DNA of 59,918 nucleotides, taken from positions 1-59,918 of the IMG/VR virus record IMGVR_UViG_3300031825_000013; one strand, given 5' to 3'. The translations under genes and the position numbers were made by a program. Position 1 is the first letter of the stretch, and the number at the start of each line of letters is the position of its first letter. The notes under the pieces were generated by a model. That model was not told where the DNA came from, searched no databases, and saw nothing but the letters and a program-made list of their open reading frames with translations. The DNA is from a virus. Lineage: Duplodnaviria; Caudoviricetes. Below are positions 26,672 through 38,300 of the stretch, one piece after another.

Positions 26672-27363
26672 GTACCTTCCTGCAACTGTGCGTTCACGCG
26701 CGGCGCGAGTGCCGGATTGCGGGCACCGGCCCCACGGCGGTTACTAGCCAAGTCGGGGAACTGGAGCGCCTGGTCAACTGGGTCGCCAATGCCTATACGG
26801 AGATCCAGAACAAGCACCCCAACTGGCGGTGGCTGCGCTCGAGCTTCACCGCGGCCACGGTTGCCAGTGATGACACCTACGCCTACGGGGACCTGACCGA
26901 CACCGGGACTTCCACAGCCATTACCCGGCTGTCTAGCTTCCTGCCCCACGAGTTCAAGATTTACCTGACCTCTGCTGGTGTTGGGACGCAGCACTGGCTC
27001 ACCTACTGGCAGTGGGACGACTTCCGGCGCGTCTACCGCATCGGCACGCAGAACGACGGCTACCCCTCTGTCGTCACCATCGACCCCGCAAACCAAGTCG
27101 TTCTCGGGGCCAAACCCGATGCGATCTACACCGTCACAGGCGACTACCAGAAGTCGGCCCAGATCCTCGCTGCGGACGGGGATACCCCGGAAATGCCGTC
27201 GCAGTTCCACTACCTGATCGTCTATGAGGCCGTGAGGAAGTACGCGGCCGAAGTTGGGGACCCGGGGCTTTGGGCGGCTTCGAAGGACGAGGCGGCCCAG
27301 ATGTGGCGAGACCTGCGCCAGAACCAGCTTCCGCCGTCGAACTACGGGAACCCGCTCGCGTGA
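26668..27363 (+). CDS. Head-tail adaptor protein
   Basis: MSTFLQL...WRWL...PEMPSQFH; position. Confidence 0.7.
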   Translation: MSTFLQLCVHARRECRIAGTGPTAVTSQVGELERLVNWVANAYTEIQNKHPNWRWLRSSFTAATVASDDTYAYGDLTDTGTSTAITRLSSFLPHEFKIYLTSAGVGTQHWLTYWQWDDFRRVYRIGTQNDGYPSVVTIDPANQVVLGAKPDAIYTVTGDYQKSAQILAADGDTPEMPSQFHYLIVYEAVRKYAAEVGDPGLWAASKDEAAQMWRDLRQNQLPPSNYGNPLA

Positions 27364-29417
27364 GACAGCTTCCCTCGACCCCGACGCAGACGCAATTCAT
27401 TTCGTTCAACGGGGGTCTTGATGTCGTCACGCCGCCGCTTCTGATTCCCCCGGGGTATTGCCGGGGGGCGCAGAACTACGAGCAGGACATCAACGGGGGC
27501 TATACCCGGATCACGGGCTACGAGAGATTCAGCGGCCAGGCGAAGCCCTCCGATGCGGCCTACGGGGTCTTGACCTGCACGATCACGGGCTCCGTGTCCT
27601 TGGGGGATGTGCTCACCGACGCTGCTGGAACTTCCTACGGCACCGTCATCGCCCTGCCTACGGGTCAGGCCGTGATGACGCTCTTCACCGGGACGTTCAC
27701 GACCGGCGACATCAAGGTCGGTGGAGTCACGGTGGGGACCTGCACCGGGGGCCAGGTCATCGACGGCGCTTCCACGGCCTTGCTGCACGCGCAGTACAAG
27801 AACCTCGCCGCCGATGTGTACCGCGCCCTGATCGCTACGGTTCCGGGGTCGGGGTCCATTCTCGGTGTGTGGATGTTCAACGATGTGGTGTACGCCTTCC
27901 GCAACAACGCCGGGGCAACGGCGGTGGACATGTACAAATCCACGACCGGCGGGTGGAGTCTTGTGGCTCTCGGGCGGCAGGTTTCTTTCACCTCTGGAGG
28001 GACTTACACCATCGCCGAGGGGGACACGATCACCGGGGCGACCTCCGCAGCCACGGCGGTCATTACGCGAGTCGTCCTGACCTCTGGAACCTGGGCCGCC
28101 GGAACAGCCGCAGGGAAGCTCATCTTCGCTTCTCAAACCGGGACGTTCCAGTCTGAGAACCTCAACGTCGGCGCGAACCTCAACGTGGCGACCATCGGAG
28201 GAAACTCGTCCGCAATCACGATGGGGACCGTTGGGGGTCGATTCGAGTTCGTCAACGCGAACTTCGGCGGAGCCGCCAACACAACCCGCGTCTACGGGTG
28301 CGATGGCAAGAACAAGGGATTCGAGTGGGACGGGACGGTCTTTGTCCCCATCGATACCGGCATGACGACGGACGCGCCCAGTCATGTCGTCGTGCATCAC
28401 AACCAACTGTTCTTCTCCTTCGTGGGCTCTGTTCAACACTCGTCTCCAGGCTCCCCCTATGTTTGGAGCGCCATCACCGGAGCCTCGGAGCTTGCGATGG
28501 GCGACACCGTGACTGGGTTCATGGTGCAGCCAGGGTCTACCTCTTCGGCGACGCTCTCGATCTTCACGCGCAACTCCAGTGCCGTGCTCTACGGAACCGG
28601 GGTCGCAAGCTGGGTGCTGGTTTCGTACAAGCAAGAGGCGGGTGCTATCGCCTGGTCGATCCAGCGGATCGGCAACACGATCATGCTCGATGACCGCGGC
28701 TTGGTGGACATGAGGACCGCGCAGGAATACGGCAACTTCATCGACGCGACTTTCAGTGAGCGCATCCAGACCTGGTTGAACACGCGCCGCACGACCGTCA
28801 CCGCCTCTTGTGTCTCTCGGGACAAGTCGCAATACCGGCTCTTCTTTTCGGACAAGTCCGCCCTCTACGTGACCTTCAAGAACACGAAGGTCCTGGGGAT
28901 GATGCCGCAGCTTTTCACGGATCAAGTGACGTGCGCCTACTCTGGGGAGATGAACGACGGCTCCGAAGCCGCGTTCTTCGGTTCCACCGATGGCTTCGTC
29001 TATCAGATGGAAAAGGGCACGAGCTTCGATGGGGATGCGATAGAAGCAAAACTTCACATGGTCTTCAACCACGCCGGAAGTCCAAGGCTTCTCAAGGGCT
29101 TCAAGAGCGCGATGTTCGAGATCGGTGGAGACGGCTACGCCTCGTTCAACGCGAGCTACGACCTGGGGTACGGCTCGACCAATTATGAGCAAGGCACAAG
29201 CACCGCGATCGATGCCGCTTTGAGACCCGCCTATTGGGACTCGTTCACCTGGGATGCGTTTACATGGGACGGAACCAATCTCCTGCCGCAAGAAATGTCC
29301 CTTGCGGGAACTGCCGAAAACATCAGCATCAAGATCCTCTCCAATGAGGACTACTACGCGCCGACTCACCTGACGGGGGTCATCTTGCACTTCAAACCCC
29401 GCAGGCAGTTGAGGTAG
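27360..29417 (+). CDS. Tail tube/DNA stabilisation (nozzle-like) protein
   Basis: ~685 aa beta-rich, FNGGL start, GYTRITGYERF; podovirus synteny. Confidence 0.7.
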   Translation: MRQLPSTPTQTQFISFNGGLDVVTPPLLIPPGYCRGAQNYEQDINGGYTRITGYERFSGQAKPSDAAYGVLTCTITGSVSLGDVLTDAAGTSYGTVIALPTGQAVMTLFTGTFTTGDIKVGGVTVGTCTGGQVIDGASTALLHAQYKNLAADVYRALIATVPGSGSILGVWMFNDVVYAFRNNAGATAVDMYKSTTGGWSLVALGRQVSFTSGGTYTIAEGDTITGATSAATAVITRVVLTSGTWAAGTAAGKLIFASQTGTFQSENLNVGANLNVATIGGNSSAITMGTVGGRFEFVNANFGGAANTTRVYGCDGKNKGFEWDGTVFVPIDTGMTTDAPSHVVVHHNQLFFSFVGSVQHSSPGSPYVWSAITGASELAMGDTVTGFMVQPGSTSSATLSIFTRNSSAVLYGTGVASWVLVSYKQEAGAIAWSIQRIGNTIMLDDRGLVDMRTAQEYGNFIDATFSERIQTWLNTRRTTVTASCVSRDKSQYRLFFSDKSALYVTFKNTKVLGMMPQLFTDQVTCAYSGEMNDGSEAAFFGSTDGFVYQMEKGTSFDGDAIEAKLHMVFNHAGSPRLLKGFKSAMFEIGGDGYASFNASYDLGYGSTNYEQGTSTAIDAALRPAYWDSFTWDAFTWDGTNLLPQEMSLAGTAENISIKILSNEDYYAPTHLTGVILHFKPRRQLR

Positions 29418-29419
29418 CC

Positions 29420-30568
29420 ATGGCCAACGACTTCTTCACCAAAACAGGAGTACCGAGCACCGGGGCTGCGGGCACGTCATCGACGATCCGGGCCGAGATC
29501 GCGTTGATTGAGGCGGCCTTCGACAAGATGCCGACGCTCACGGCCAATGGGTCCAAGGCCGTTGCAATCAACGCTGGGGCCACGGCCCTTGAAGCGGTAG
29601 CGGTTACGGGTACGGGGAGCTTCGTCCGGGCCTCGTCCCCGACGCTCGTTACGCCGGTTCTTGGTGTGGCTACGGCAACATCGATCAACAAGATCACGTT
29701 CACGCAACCCGCGACCAGCGCGACCCTGACCATCGCCGACGGCAAGACGCTCACCGCCTCGAACACAATCACCTTCACCGCGACGGATGGGGCGACGCTC
29801 GCCATTGGCGCAGGCGGGACGCTGGGCACCGGCGCCTACGCAACCATTGCGAACTACGCGCCGCTGGCAAGCCCCGTCTTTACCGGGTATGTCGGCATCG
29901 GCAACTCGTCCGCCTCCGATATGGACGCGCTCAACGGAGCCGGGAGGCTTGTCGTCGGCGATGGGTCCGCCGCAAGTGCGGGCGCGACGATCTACGGCTC
30001 GGCACTAAATGTTCTCGCATTTGCGGATGCCCTGACCGCTGGCGGCTCTGCTGCTGGCTCCATCGTCTATGACCATGCGACGGACAAGCTGTCGCTTTCC
30101 ACTGCCGGAATTCCCAGAGCGCACATAGACGAAACCGGGCTTGAGGTCCCCGCGCTGATTACCGCGACCGGTGGGCAGATCAAATTCCCCGCCACCCAAG
30201 TCCCATCAGCGGACGCGAACACGCTGGACGACTACGAGGAAGGCTCTACTACCCCGGGCGCAACGGCTGGTAGTGGGACGTTCACTACCGTCGCGTGCGC
30301 GTTGAAATATACGAAGATCGGGAATCGGTGCCTTTTCAATACGACGGTAACGATCACGACGAACGGGACCGCCGCCACGTATGTAAGTGTGCCGCTGCCC
30401 TTTGCGGCGGCAGAGATCACGGCATGCGCTGGTGTTGAAACCGCAGTAACGGGGGCGGCGTTAGCGGCTTACGCCAACGGGTCGAATCTCATCATTCGTA
30501 AATATGATGCCACCTATCCCGGTGCCGACAGCTACGTGTTGAGCGTCTCGGGTGTCTGCCGCGTGTAG
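29420..30568 (+). CDS. Tail fibre protein
   Basis: SPTLVTPVLG, APLASPVFTG, DANTLDDYEEG, YTKIGNR. Confidence 0.8.
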   Translation: MANDFFTKTGVPSTGAAGTSSTIRAEIALIEAAFDKMPTLTANGSKAVAINAGATALEAVAVTGTGSFVRASSPTLVTPVLGVATATSINKITFTQPATSATLTIADGKTLTASNTITFTATDGATLAIGAGGTLGTGAYATIANYAPLASPVFTGYVGIGNSSASDMDALNGAGRLVVGDGSAASAGATIYGSALNVLAFADALTAGGSAAGSIVYDHATDKLSLSTAGIPRAHIDETGLEVPALITATGGQIKFPATQVPSADANTLDDYEEGSTTPGATAGSGTFTTVACALKYTKIGNRCLFNTTVTITTNGTAATYVSVPLPFAAAEITACAGVETAVTGAALAAYANGSNLIIRKYDATYPGADSYVLSVSGVCRV

Positions 30569-30614
30569 GCCACACCAAGGGCCGTTGTCACTCTACTCGC
30601 CATCTAGGAAAACC

Positions 30615-30776
30615 ATGGATCGCCCAGACCTTATCGCCGGGAATCTAGCCGACCAACGCAACCATGCGTTGAACGGACTCGCCGTTGCTCTTGCGGACCT
30701 TGCGCTGGCGAATGAGCGCATCAAGGCGCTTGAGGCGGAAATCGATGCGCTGAAAAACAAACCTGAAGAGGCGTGA
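30615..30776 (+). CDS. Small coiled-coil protein (possible fibre chaperone)
   Basis: QRNHALN...coiled coil after the tail fibre. Confidence 0.55.
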   Translation: MDRPDLIAGNLADQRNHALNGLAVALADLALANERIKALEAEIDALKNKPEEA

Positions 30777-32455
30777 CCATGGCAGGACTCATTGCAGGCG
30801 CCCGGAAGGGCCCACTACTCGACCCCTTGGTTCCTCCGAAACCGCTCGAGCCTCCATTGCCCAATGCCAGGGGAGTCGCGCCCGTTGTTGGTGGGGCCGC
30901 CGTTCAACCAGCGACGAGTGGCGGGGTCGCGCTCCCGGCAAGCCAGATGCCGCCGCGTCAATCCTCGACGGGCGCGGCGCAAGGCCCCGTTGGCGTCACC
31001 ACTGCAGCGGCGACCGGGAGCCCGGCGCCCACCGCCCCCGGAACCTACAAAGCCTTCGCTGCTCCAACCACACAGCGAGCGACCTCCGGCGAGGGGTGGG
31101 AGTATCTCGACCAGTCCGTCCGCAATTCCGCGATCGGTGATGGATTCTCCGGGGTCAGGGATGGTTTCCTGTGGGTCGGGGGTCAAAGGATCATGCCGCA
31201 GACAGGAAGCGCCGCCGAAGACTCTGCGACCCTCTACCAGTTCGGCTACCGTCCTCCGGGGTCCAGTGGTGGGGGATCGGACTTCACCTCGCCGTTCACG
31301 GCCCCCGCCCACGGGGTGCAGCCCAGCGGAACGCCAACGGGGACGCAACCAACGGGAGCGCCCGGCGCGCAACCCGACGGCACGCCCCCGGCCGGCACAC
31401 AACCGGACGTGTCGGGACCCGTCGGGACCCCCGCCTGGAATCCTGCTGCGGGCTTGATCGATCAGGTCAAGGGCATCACGCCCGACACCGCGATCGCTGC
31501 CGCCTACGACCCCACCGCCGTTCCGGACACACAGCAAGCCACCGCTACCGGCTATGACGCCCAGGGCTATACCGCGGACCAAGTGCGGGAGAACCTGAGC
31601 CAAGCCACGAACCGCATCATCGGCGAAGACTCTCCCCTCATGGCGCGGGCCCGAGCTGGAGCCGCCGCTACTGCCAATGCGCGGGGCTTGCTCAACTCCT
31701 CCATGGCCGTCCAAGCCGGAGAGACGGCCGTGCTGGATCAGGCCATTGCCCTTGCCGCGGGTGACGTGGACGTGAGCAAGTTCAACGTCGGCGAGAACAA
31801 CGCTGCCATGCGCTTCTCCGCCGACGCGAAGAACACAGCCGCCGCGTTTCTGGTGGATGCGAAGAACAAGGCTTCCCAGTTCAACACCGGGGAGTCGAAC
31901 AAGGCCGCGCTGTTCGCCGTGGAGCAAGCCAACCTCGCCGCCCGCTTTGCGGCGGAAGCGGAACAAGCCGCGAGCGAGTTCAACGCGACGGCTTTCAACC
32001 AGGCCAAGCAGCGCTACGCCGATGCTGTCAACGCTGCTGCTGCCGCTCAGTTCGAGGCCGAGAACCTTGCTCGCCGGGATACCGCGACCTTCTCTCAGCA
32101 GGCGAATCTCGAGAAGATGCGCAACCAAACGCAGCTTCAAACCGCGCAAATCTCAGCGTCTTCGGACGCCGCGAGAATCGCCTCCGCAGAGCGGGAGGGC
32201 GCTGCAAACCGTGCCGCCAGGAAGGGCGAGTTCGACACCAACACGCAGTTGGAAATCGACAAGATGGGCCAGAACGCCGTCACCGAATATTCCCGGGGTA
32301 GTGCAGCCATCGATGCGATGGACCTGGAGCCCGAGGCCAGAGCCAATGCTCACGCGAACTACGATGCGATCTGGGCGGGGAACCCGTATCTGCCTCTGAA
32401 CATCGAGCCGCCCAAGCCGGAATCCGAACCGGAACCAGAGCCGGAGAAGACCTAA
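30773..32455 (+). CDS. Internal virion/ejection protein
   Basis: ARGLLNSSMA motif, Ala/Asn/Gln-rich helical repeats. Confidence 0.7.
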   Translation: MTMAGLIAGARKGPLLDPLVPPKPLEPPLPNARGVAPVVGGAAVQPATSGGVALPASQMPPRQSSTGAAQGPVGVTTAAATGSPAPTAPGTYKAFAAPTTQRATSGEGWEYLDQSVRNSAIGDGFSGVRDGFLWVGGQRIMPQTGSAAEDSATLYQFGYRPPGSSGGGSDFTSPFTAPAHGVQPSGTPTGTQPTGAPGAQPDGTPPAGTQPDVSGPVGTPAWNPAAGLIDQVKGITPDTAIAAAYDPTAVPDTQQATATGYDAQGYTADQVRENLSQATNRIIGEDSPLMARARAGAAATANARGLLNSSMAVQAGETAVLDQAIALAAGDVDVSKFNVGENNAAMRFSADAKNTAAAFLVDAKNKASQFNTGESNKAALFAVEQANLAARFAAEAEQAASEFNATAFNQAKQRYADAVNAAAAAQFEAENLARRDTATFSQQANLEKMRNQTQLQTAQISASSDAARIASAEREGAANRAARKGEFDTNTQLEIDKMGQNAVTEYSRGSAAIDAMDLEPEARANAHANYDAIWAGNPYLPLNIEPPKPESEPEPEPEKT

Positions 32456-32899
32456 ATGGATGAACTCGACTTTGGCACCCTGAATGGGTGGATGGACGAA
32501 GTCCCCGCAGTGGATATGCCGGAACTCGTCGACGTTCCTGAAATCGAGGCGATTCCCCCGGTCGAAGAGATCGACAACGCGGGCTTGCTTGAAGAGGTTT
32601 CCCAAGAGCCCGTCATAGACCTCAAGGAAGTCAAGGATCAATTTGAAAAGGGCCCGGACAGCTTCAAGGCGTGGGCCAGCAGCCTTGACGACTCGACGAA
32701 GAAAGCCGTCTTCAGCGCTCTCCAGATGGGCGCTGGTGCGGCCATGAAAGGCTTGGCCGCCAAGAACGAATCCGACGACCGCAAGGAACTGGAGAATCAG
32801 AGGCGGGAGGACAAGATGCGCCGCTCGCAAGTCGCGGATCGCTCCGCCCTGTACGCACCCAAAGTCTCCGCCGGCATCCTCGCGTCCCGGAGGGGCTGA
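32456..32899 (+). CDS. Probable internal virion protein
   Basis: Position; C-terminus similar to the next ORF. Confidence 0.6.
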   Translation: MDELDFGTLNGWMDEVPAVDMPELVDVPEIEAIPPVEEIDNAGLLEEVSQEPVIDLKEVKDQFEKGPDSFKAWASSLDDSTKKAVFSALQMGAGAAMKGLAAKNESDDRKELENQRREDKMRRSQVADRSALYAPKVSAGILASRRG

Positions 32900-32900
32900 C

Positions 32901-34001
32901 ATGGCTCTCGACCAACGCTACCTCGACAAGCTGAAGGCCGAATATCTCCGTCGGGATAGGGAAACGAAAACGGGGGGCAGCGAGACGCAGAGCGAGTGGG
33001 ACCCCGTTGCGGCGGAGGAGCAGTGGAACGCCTTGAGCGAGCAGGACAAGGTGAACCTCGGCAACGGGTATTTGCCCGTCAAGCTCGACGACGACGACCC
33101 TGATGTGGCTGCGTTCAAGGCCAAGTTTGGTGAAGGGAAGTTTGACCGCGCGGAAGTCAATGACCAACAACTTTCCGGATACCAGACCGGCTACGGCATC
33201 CCGCAGTACGGCAGGCACGGGCTTGAGGACTTCGCGCAAGACCCCTCCAGAGTCTTGTGGCTGGACGGCCCCGAGGTTCCCATCGAGAAACGCCGCTGGA
33301 TCATGGAGGCTGGGAACATCAAGGGCGACACTATCGCCCAGGCTCAAGCAGAGGGTGACGACGGGCTCTCCGATCTGGGGTGGGCGATTTCCGCCCTCGC
33401 CCTGTTCGGGGGTGCCGTGGCTTTGGCTGGAACGGCTGGGGCTGCGGGGACGGTCGCTGCGGAGGGGGCCGCAGGTGGGGCCGCGGGCGGAGCCGCTGGA
33501 ACGGCCGCCGCAGGGGCTACAGACGCCGCTGCTGCGGAGCTGGTTGCTACCGGAGGGGGGGCTGGGGCGGGGCTAACCCCAGCATCCTACACGGGGCTGG
33601 GTGGCGAGTTTGCCGCTGGGACGGAGGGCATTCTCGCCGGGTCCACGACCGCCGTTCCGGAAGTCGTGGCAGCGGACATGGCCGTTCCTGAAGCTGTCGC
33701 CGCGGCGAATCCGACGCTCGCGGCGGCCCCCGAGATTTCCGGGGGTGGGTGGTGGGCGAACCTGTCACCCGCATCGAGAAGCCTCCTCACCCGGGCGGGC
33801 CTTCAAGCCGCTGGAGTGGGGGCGAGCGCGCTGATTTCGGCCAACGCGCAGCGAAACGCCTCCGAGGACCGGAAAGAGACTGAGGAGCAGCGCCGGCAGG
33901 ACACCATTCGTCGCCACGCCGTTGCTCCGAGAGGCAACACCTACACGGCCAAGCCCCTTCCGGGCGGGCTGATCGCATCGCGCAGAGGGGGGGGTGGATG
34001 A
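32901..34001 (+). CDS. Probable ejection protein with Gly/Ala hydrophobic stretch
   Basis: Position and composition. Confidence 0.65.
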   Translation: MALDQRYLDKLKAEYLRRDRETKTGGSETQSEWDPVAAEEQWNALSEQDKVNLGNGYLPVKLDDDDPDVAAFKAKFGEGKFDRAEVNDQQLSGYQTGYGIPQYGRHGLEDFAQDPSRVLWLDGPEVPIEKRRWIMEAGNIKGDTIAQAQAEGDDGLSDLGWAISALALFGGAVALAGTAGAAGTVAAEGAAGGAAGGAAGTAAAGATDAAAAELVATGGGAGAGLTPASYTGLGGEFAAGTEGILAGSTTAVPEVVAADMAVPEAVAAANPTLAAAPEISGGGWWANLSPASRSLLTRAGLQAAGVGASALISANAQRNASEDRKETEEQRRQDTIRRHAVAPRGNTYTAKPLPGGLIASRRGGGG

Positions 34002-34387
34002 TGGGCCAAGCCAACAAGATGTACGACTGGGTGATGCTCCAGGTGCGCGAGTCGATCTTCAACGACCAAGGCATCCAAGCCGTTCTCGGGAAGATCCGCA
34101 GTGCCGACGATCCTGTAGCCGGCATCGGGCACACCGCAGCCATGCTCATTCGCTCCGTGGTGTCGGGGGCCAAAGAGAAGGGAGCCTCCGTTCCCAAGGA
34201 AGTCCTGTCTGCCGCGTTCAAGGAAACCGTGGGTGACTTGGTTGAGCTCGCGGTAGCTGCAAAAGTCATCGGCGAGGAACAGAAGGTGCAGGTCGCTCAA
34301 GTCGCCATGAAGCAAGGGGCGGGGTTCTTCCAGAAAGCCGCTCCGAAAAGACCCATGGGCCTGATCCAACAAGCGAGGGGAGCCTGA
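33998..34387 (+). CDS. Hypothetical virion protein
   Basis: Coupled ORF. Confidence 0.6.
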   Translation: MMGQANKMYDWVMLQVRESIFNDQGIQAVLGKIRSADDPVAGIGHTAAMLIRSVVSGAKEKGASVPKEVLSAAFKETVGDLVELAVAAKVIGEEQKVQVAQVAMKQGAGFFQKAAPKRPMGLIQQARGA

Positions 34388-34388
34388 C

Positions 34389-35366
34389 ATGGCTGGCTAT
34401 GGCAACGTGCTTCTGCAAGGGGTGCTTGGGGCCGTCTCTGGAGGGGCGGGGTCCTTGGTGCATGACATGGACCTCGACCGCAAGAAGCAGGACGCGATGG
34501 ACCTGGAGCGGCGCAAGGGAGAGATGGCGCAGAAGCGCCTCAAGTTTCTCGACGATCTGAAGCGCAGCAACGAAGCCGAGACTCGCCAGCGCTCCGCTGA
34601 CTTCTACAAGCAGAACAAGCTCCCGCCCGAGGAAATCCCCGGCGAGGAAGTCGATGAGCAGGGCAACAAGATCGGCGACATCACTGCGGTCTCGGAGCCA
34701 TCCCGCAGGGCGCAGGCGGAGTACTACGCTTCCAAGTCGCTCTTGACCGGAGACAAGGGCATCATCGACTCCGCGCGAGGGGAAGCCAAGGACGTTCGCG
34801 CCGAGGACGAGCAACAACGCAAGGCTGCGGTGGACGAGCGCAGGGCTTCCAACGAGGCCGAGCGCCTGCGTCTCCAAGGTCTGCGGGACGAGGCGAAGTC
34901 CGAAAACGAGCGCAAGCGCCTCGACGCGATGATCGCCAGGCTCAACAAGGGCGAGTCCGGAGAGGGCAAGGAGCCCGCCAAGATCCGCGAGGTCAAGGCT
35001 CTGGCAGAGCTGGCCTTCGGCGGGGACATCGAGAAGGCCACGTCCTTTGCCTATGGCACCAACGCGAAGCCCCGGGCGGAAGCCGTCATGTCCATGTTCG
35101 CCGCGCTCAAGGACACTGACATGGACACCGGCAAGGCCAGCGACCGGATGAAGCGGGCCGAGGAGATGGTGGACGCCCTGCGTGGCAAGGACACCGCCTC
35201 GCGGGGTGGGGTCAAGGTCGGTGGAGAAAAGACCGAGGCGAAAGTCGAAACGAAAGCCGCCCCGAAGGAAGCCTCCAAACCGAAGTCCAAGGCCGAGTAT
35301 GACGCGCTTCCCTCCGGGGCGCTCTACGTCAATCCGAAGGATGGCAAGACCTACAGGAAGCCGTAA
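34389..35366 (+). CDS. Probable ejection protein
   Basis: Charged helical protein ending YDALPSGALYVNPKDGKTYRKP. Confidence 0.65.
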   Translation: MAGYGNVLLQGVLGAVSGGAGSLVHDMDLDRKKQDAMDLERRKGEMAQKRLKFLDDLKRSNEAETRQRSADFYKQNKLPPEEIPGEEVDEQGNKIGDITAVSEPSRRAQAEYYASKSLLTGDKGIIDSARGEAKDVRAEDEQQRKAAVDERRASNEAERLRLQGLRDEAKSENERKRLDAMIARLNKGESGEGKEPAKIREVKALAELAFGGDIEKATSFAYGTNAKPRAEAVMSMFAALKDTDMDTGKASDRMKRAEEMVDALRGKDTASRGGVKVGGEKTEAKVETKAAPKEASKPKSKAEYDALPSGALYVNPKDGKTYRKP

Positions 35367-38300
35367 TGGCCGACGACTACGAAGTCCGCGGGTGGGACGA
35401 CGAGGTAGAAACTCGGGGTTGGGATGACGAGCCGGAAGGCGGGCTTCTTGCGTCCGCGAAGCAAACCATCGGCTCCACCATCAAGGGGGTAGGCCGGGCG
35501 GCATCGGACTACATCCCCGGCGTGTCTGCCGACAACCCCGTTACCCGGTATGGCCAGGAGATCGTCGACGCCAACCCGACGGCGGTCCATAGCCTCTCCG
35601 ACATCGCCGAGAAGCCCGGCACGGCCATCACGGAGGCCGTAGGCAACGCCGCGCCCCCGATGGCCGGCATGGTCGGGGCCCGGGCCTTGGGCATGGGCAT
35701 CACTGCGGCGGCGCCCTTTACGGGCCCCCTGGCCCCCGCCGTTGCGGCCGTGGGACAGGGCATCGCGTGGCTTGGCCCCCCGGCCATTGCCGCGCTGCCG
35801 TCCTACAGCGGGATTCGGGACAAACAGATCCTCAACGATCCGGCCAACGAAGCCGATGCCAAGGCGAAGGCTGTTGCCGCGCTGGGCGCCGGCGCGGTGG
35901 GCCTGATCGAGAACAAGTTCGGCCCGCAAGAATGGGCCCTGTCGGCCATGACGAAAGAGGGCCGAGCCCAACTGGCCAAGAAGTTCGCTGCCGCCACCTT
36001 GACCGGATCGATCGCCAAGGGCGGCGCCCGCGGTGCGATTGTTGAAGGCTCCGAGGAGCTCGTCCAGAACCCCATCGAGCAAGCCGCGGCCTTCGACAAT
36101 CCCCTGACCCCCGAAAATCTGCGAGACACCGCATTTTCCGGCGCGATGGGCGCCATTGGCGGCGGCGTCCTGGGCGGCGGTGCGGGCGCGTCCTTCCGTG
36201 CCTCGCAGGCCCCTGCCCCCAAGCCCATCGAGCAAGTCGCCGCCGAGGTCATGCAATCCCCCGACCTCGACTCGGCCATCAACGCGGCAGAAGCCGCGAT
36301 CAACGCGCCCGTGCCGGCCGTTGGACAACCCACCCCCGAAGTGTCCACTTCCGAACAAGCGCCCGAAGTGGGTACGATCGCGCCCAACGTGGGCATGCCC
36401 GAACTCTCCGCGCCCACCACGGCGTACAGCGAGCCCGTTGGGGCTCCGATCACCGGGGAGCCTGTCATCGTCGGGGGCGTGGACTACGGCCGCATGGCCG
36501 ACATGACCGAGAAGCAGCTTGAAGCCATCTCGAGACTGGCCCGGGGAGGGAACCGGGAAGCCGCGGCTGCCGAGCTGGAGCGCCGGGCTGCGACCGTCAA
36601 CCAGGAGGAGCCCCGTGCAGATCAAGTACCACAAGATGTTGGGCTGGCTGCGCCCGCTGTGGCGCCCGACCAAGAACCGGCGCCCGTTGATGTGGCGCCT
36701 GTGCCCGCCGCTGTGGAAGCGCCGATTCCTGCTGCCGTCGCTGCACCTGCGCCGGTATCCGAGGCCGCACCTGTAGGGACATCGCCCGGAGACCAACTGC
36801 CAAACGGGTTTCGTGTAGGCCCGCAACAAGGGGAGAAATTCAGGGTCGGCCAAGTGGCAGCTATGGGCGGGGGCGTGCAACTCGAAAAGCGCCTGCCTGC
36901 CGGGACCGTTGCGTCGTTCTTCGTCAAGAAAGACGGCACCCTATTTGAGCCGTCCGTAAACCGGGCGGAAGATCGCTCTGCCATCTGGGTTCCAGAAACG
37001 GCAGAGCGCGGGAAGCAGGCTGAATCCATTCTCAACGAGATGGGCGCGCTTGCGCTTACAGACCCTCGTCGCGCGGAAGCAAAGGCTAGGCTCAAGGCGC
37101 TTGTTACGTCCGCACCTGTAGTCGAAAAGGCTGCAATCGTTGCAGGGAACGCAACAGTTGCGCCAGCCCAGCCCAATCGAACGGGCCCTAATGCGCTTAG
37201 TGGCGATTATCTTGGGCAGATCGTTGACGCCGGCAACAACGCGGAGGCCACCAATGAAAGAGCCGTGGAAGTTCCTGAACGAACCGCCGACACAGCCGCC
37301 GGTCCCACTGACGCCGATGGAGTTCCTCAAGGTCCCGAAGCCGCTGTACCGGGAGCAGAAGAAGAGGGGACCGCACAAGCGCAGGGACCCGTAGCGTTCA
37401 AGGACTTCACCGCCCCCAAGGCGATCAAGAACGCAGACGGGAAGGTCATCGTCCGCAAGGATGAAGTCCGCACGTTCAAGACGGAGAAGCAGGCGCAGGC
37501 TTACTCCAAGAGCAACGCGCTCAAGGGCTATGTCCCACGCGAAACCTCGGACGGGTGGGTGCTCTCGAAGTCGGATCGTGAGCAAAATGATTTTGCTACC
37601 AGGATGGCAGAACAACGCGCACAAGAGGATGCGCTTGGCGCTCGACTCTCAGAGATGAGCGGAGAAGAGATTGAAGCCGAATACCAATCCATCAAGACGG
37701 CAAATGATGCTGTAGAGAGAGCAGCCATCAAGAAGTTTCTCGGCCCCAAAAAACTCGCGGAGTATGACGCTATTACCGGCCGACGCAGAAAAGATGCGTG
37801 GCTAGAAAAGAACATCACCAACGATGCGCAAGATTACATGAATGAGCGCATGCAGCCGGAGGCGTTCGCAGAGCAATTCCGTGGAGCGGCCGGGGCCTTC
37901 GACGAAACCTCTCCCAAGGCCCTCGGTGAATCCATTGCGGTTCTTTCCAAGGATGTTGACAAGCCGGGCTTCATGGCAAGCCCGAAGGGGGTAACGTTCA
38001 AGGCCGCCCTTCGCTACGCCATGGAGCAAGGGTGGAGCATGGATGACGTGCTTTCAGGGATGCGTGCGCGCGCCTCTCGATGGGCCGGAGACGATGCGCA
38101 AGAGCTATTCTCGCGGCTCTTCAAGCGGAGCGATGGCAAGCCTCCCGTCATAGCGAAACAGCCTCGCGCAGAAATTCAGCCAGGACAAGCCGCACTCACC
38201 GTCCAATCCGAATCCGAGATCCGCGCCGACGAGGCTCTCGCCAAGAAGTCCGCAGACGAGAAGGCCAAGCGCGACAACGCGCCAAGCGCGGACGGCTTCG

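Noticed and set aside
33986-33994. G homopolymer as a phase-variation or frameshift site
   Set aside because: It lies in the last codons and RBS region of a normal gene overlap; both genes are intact
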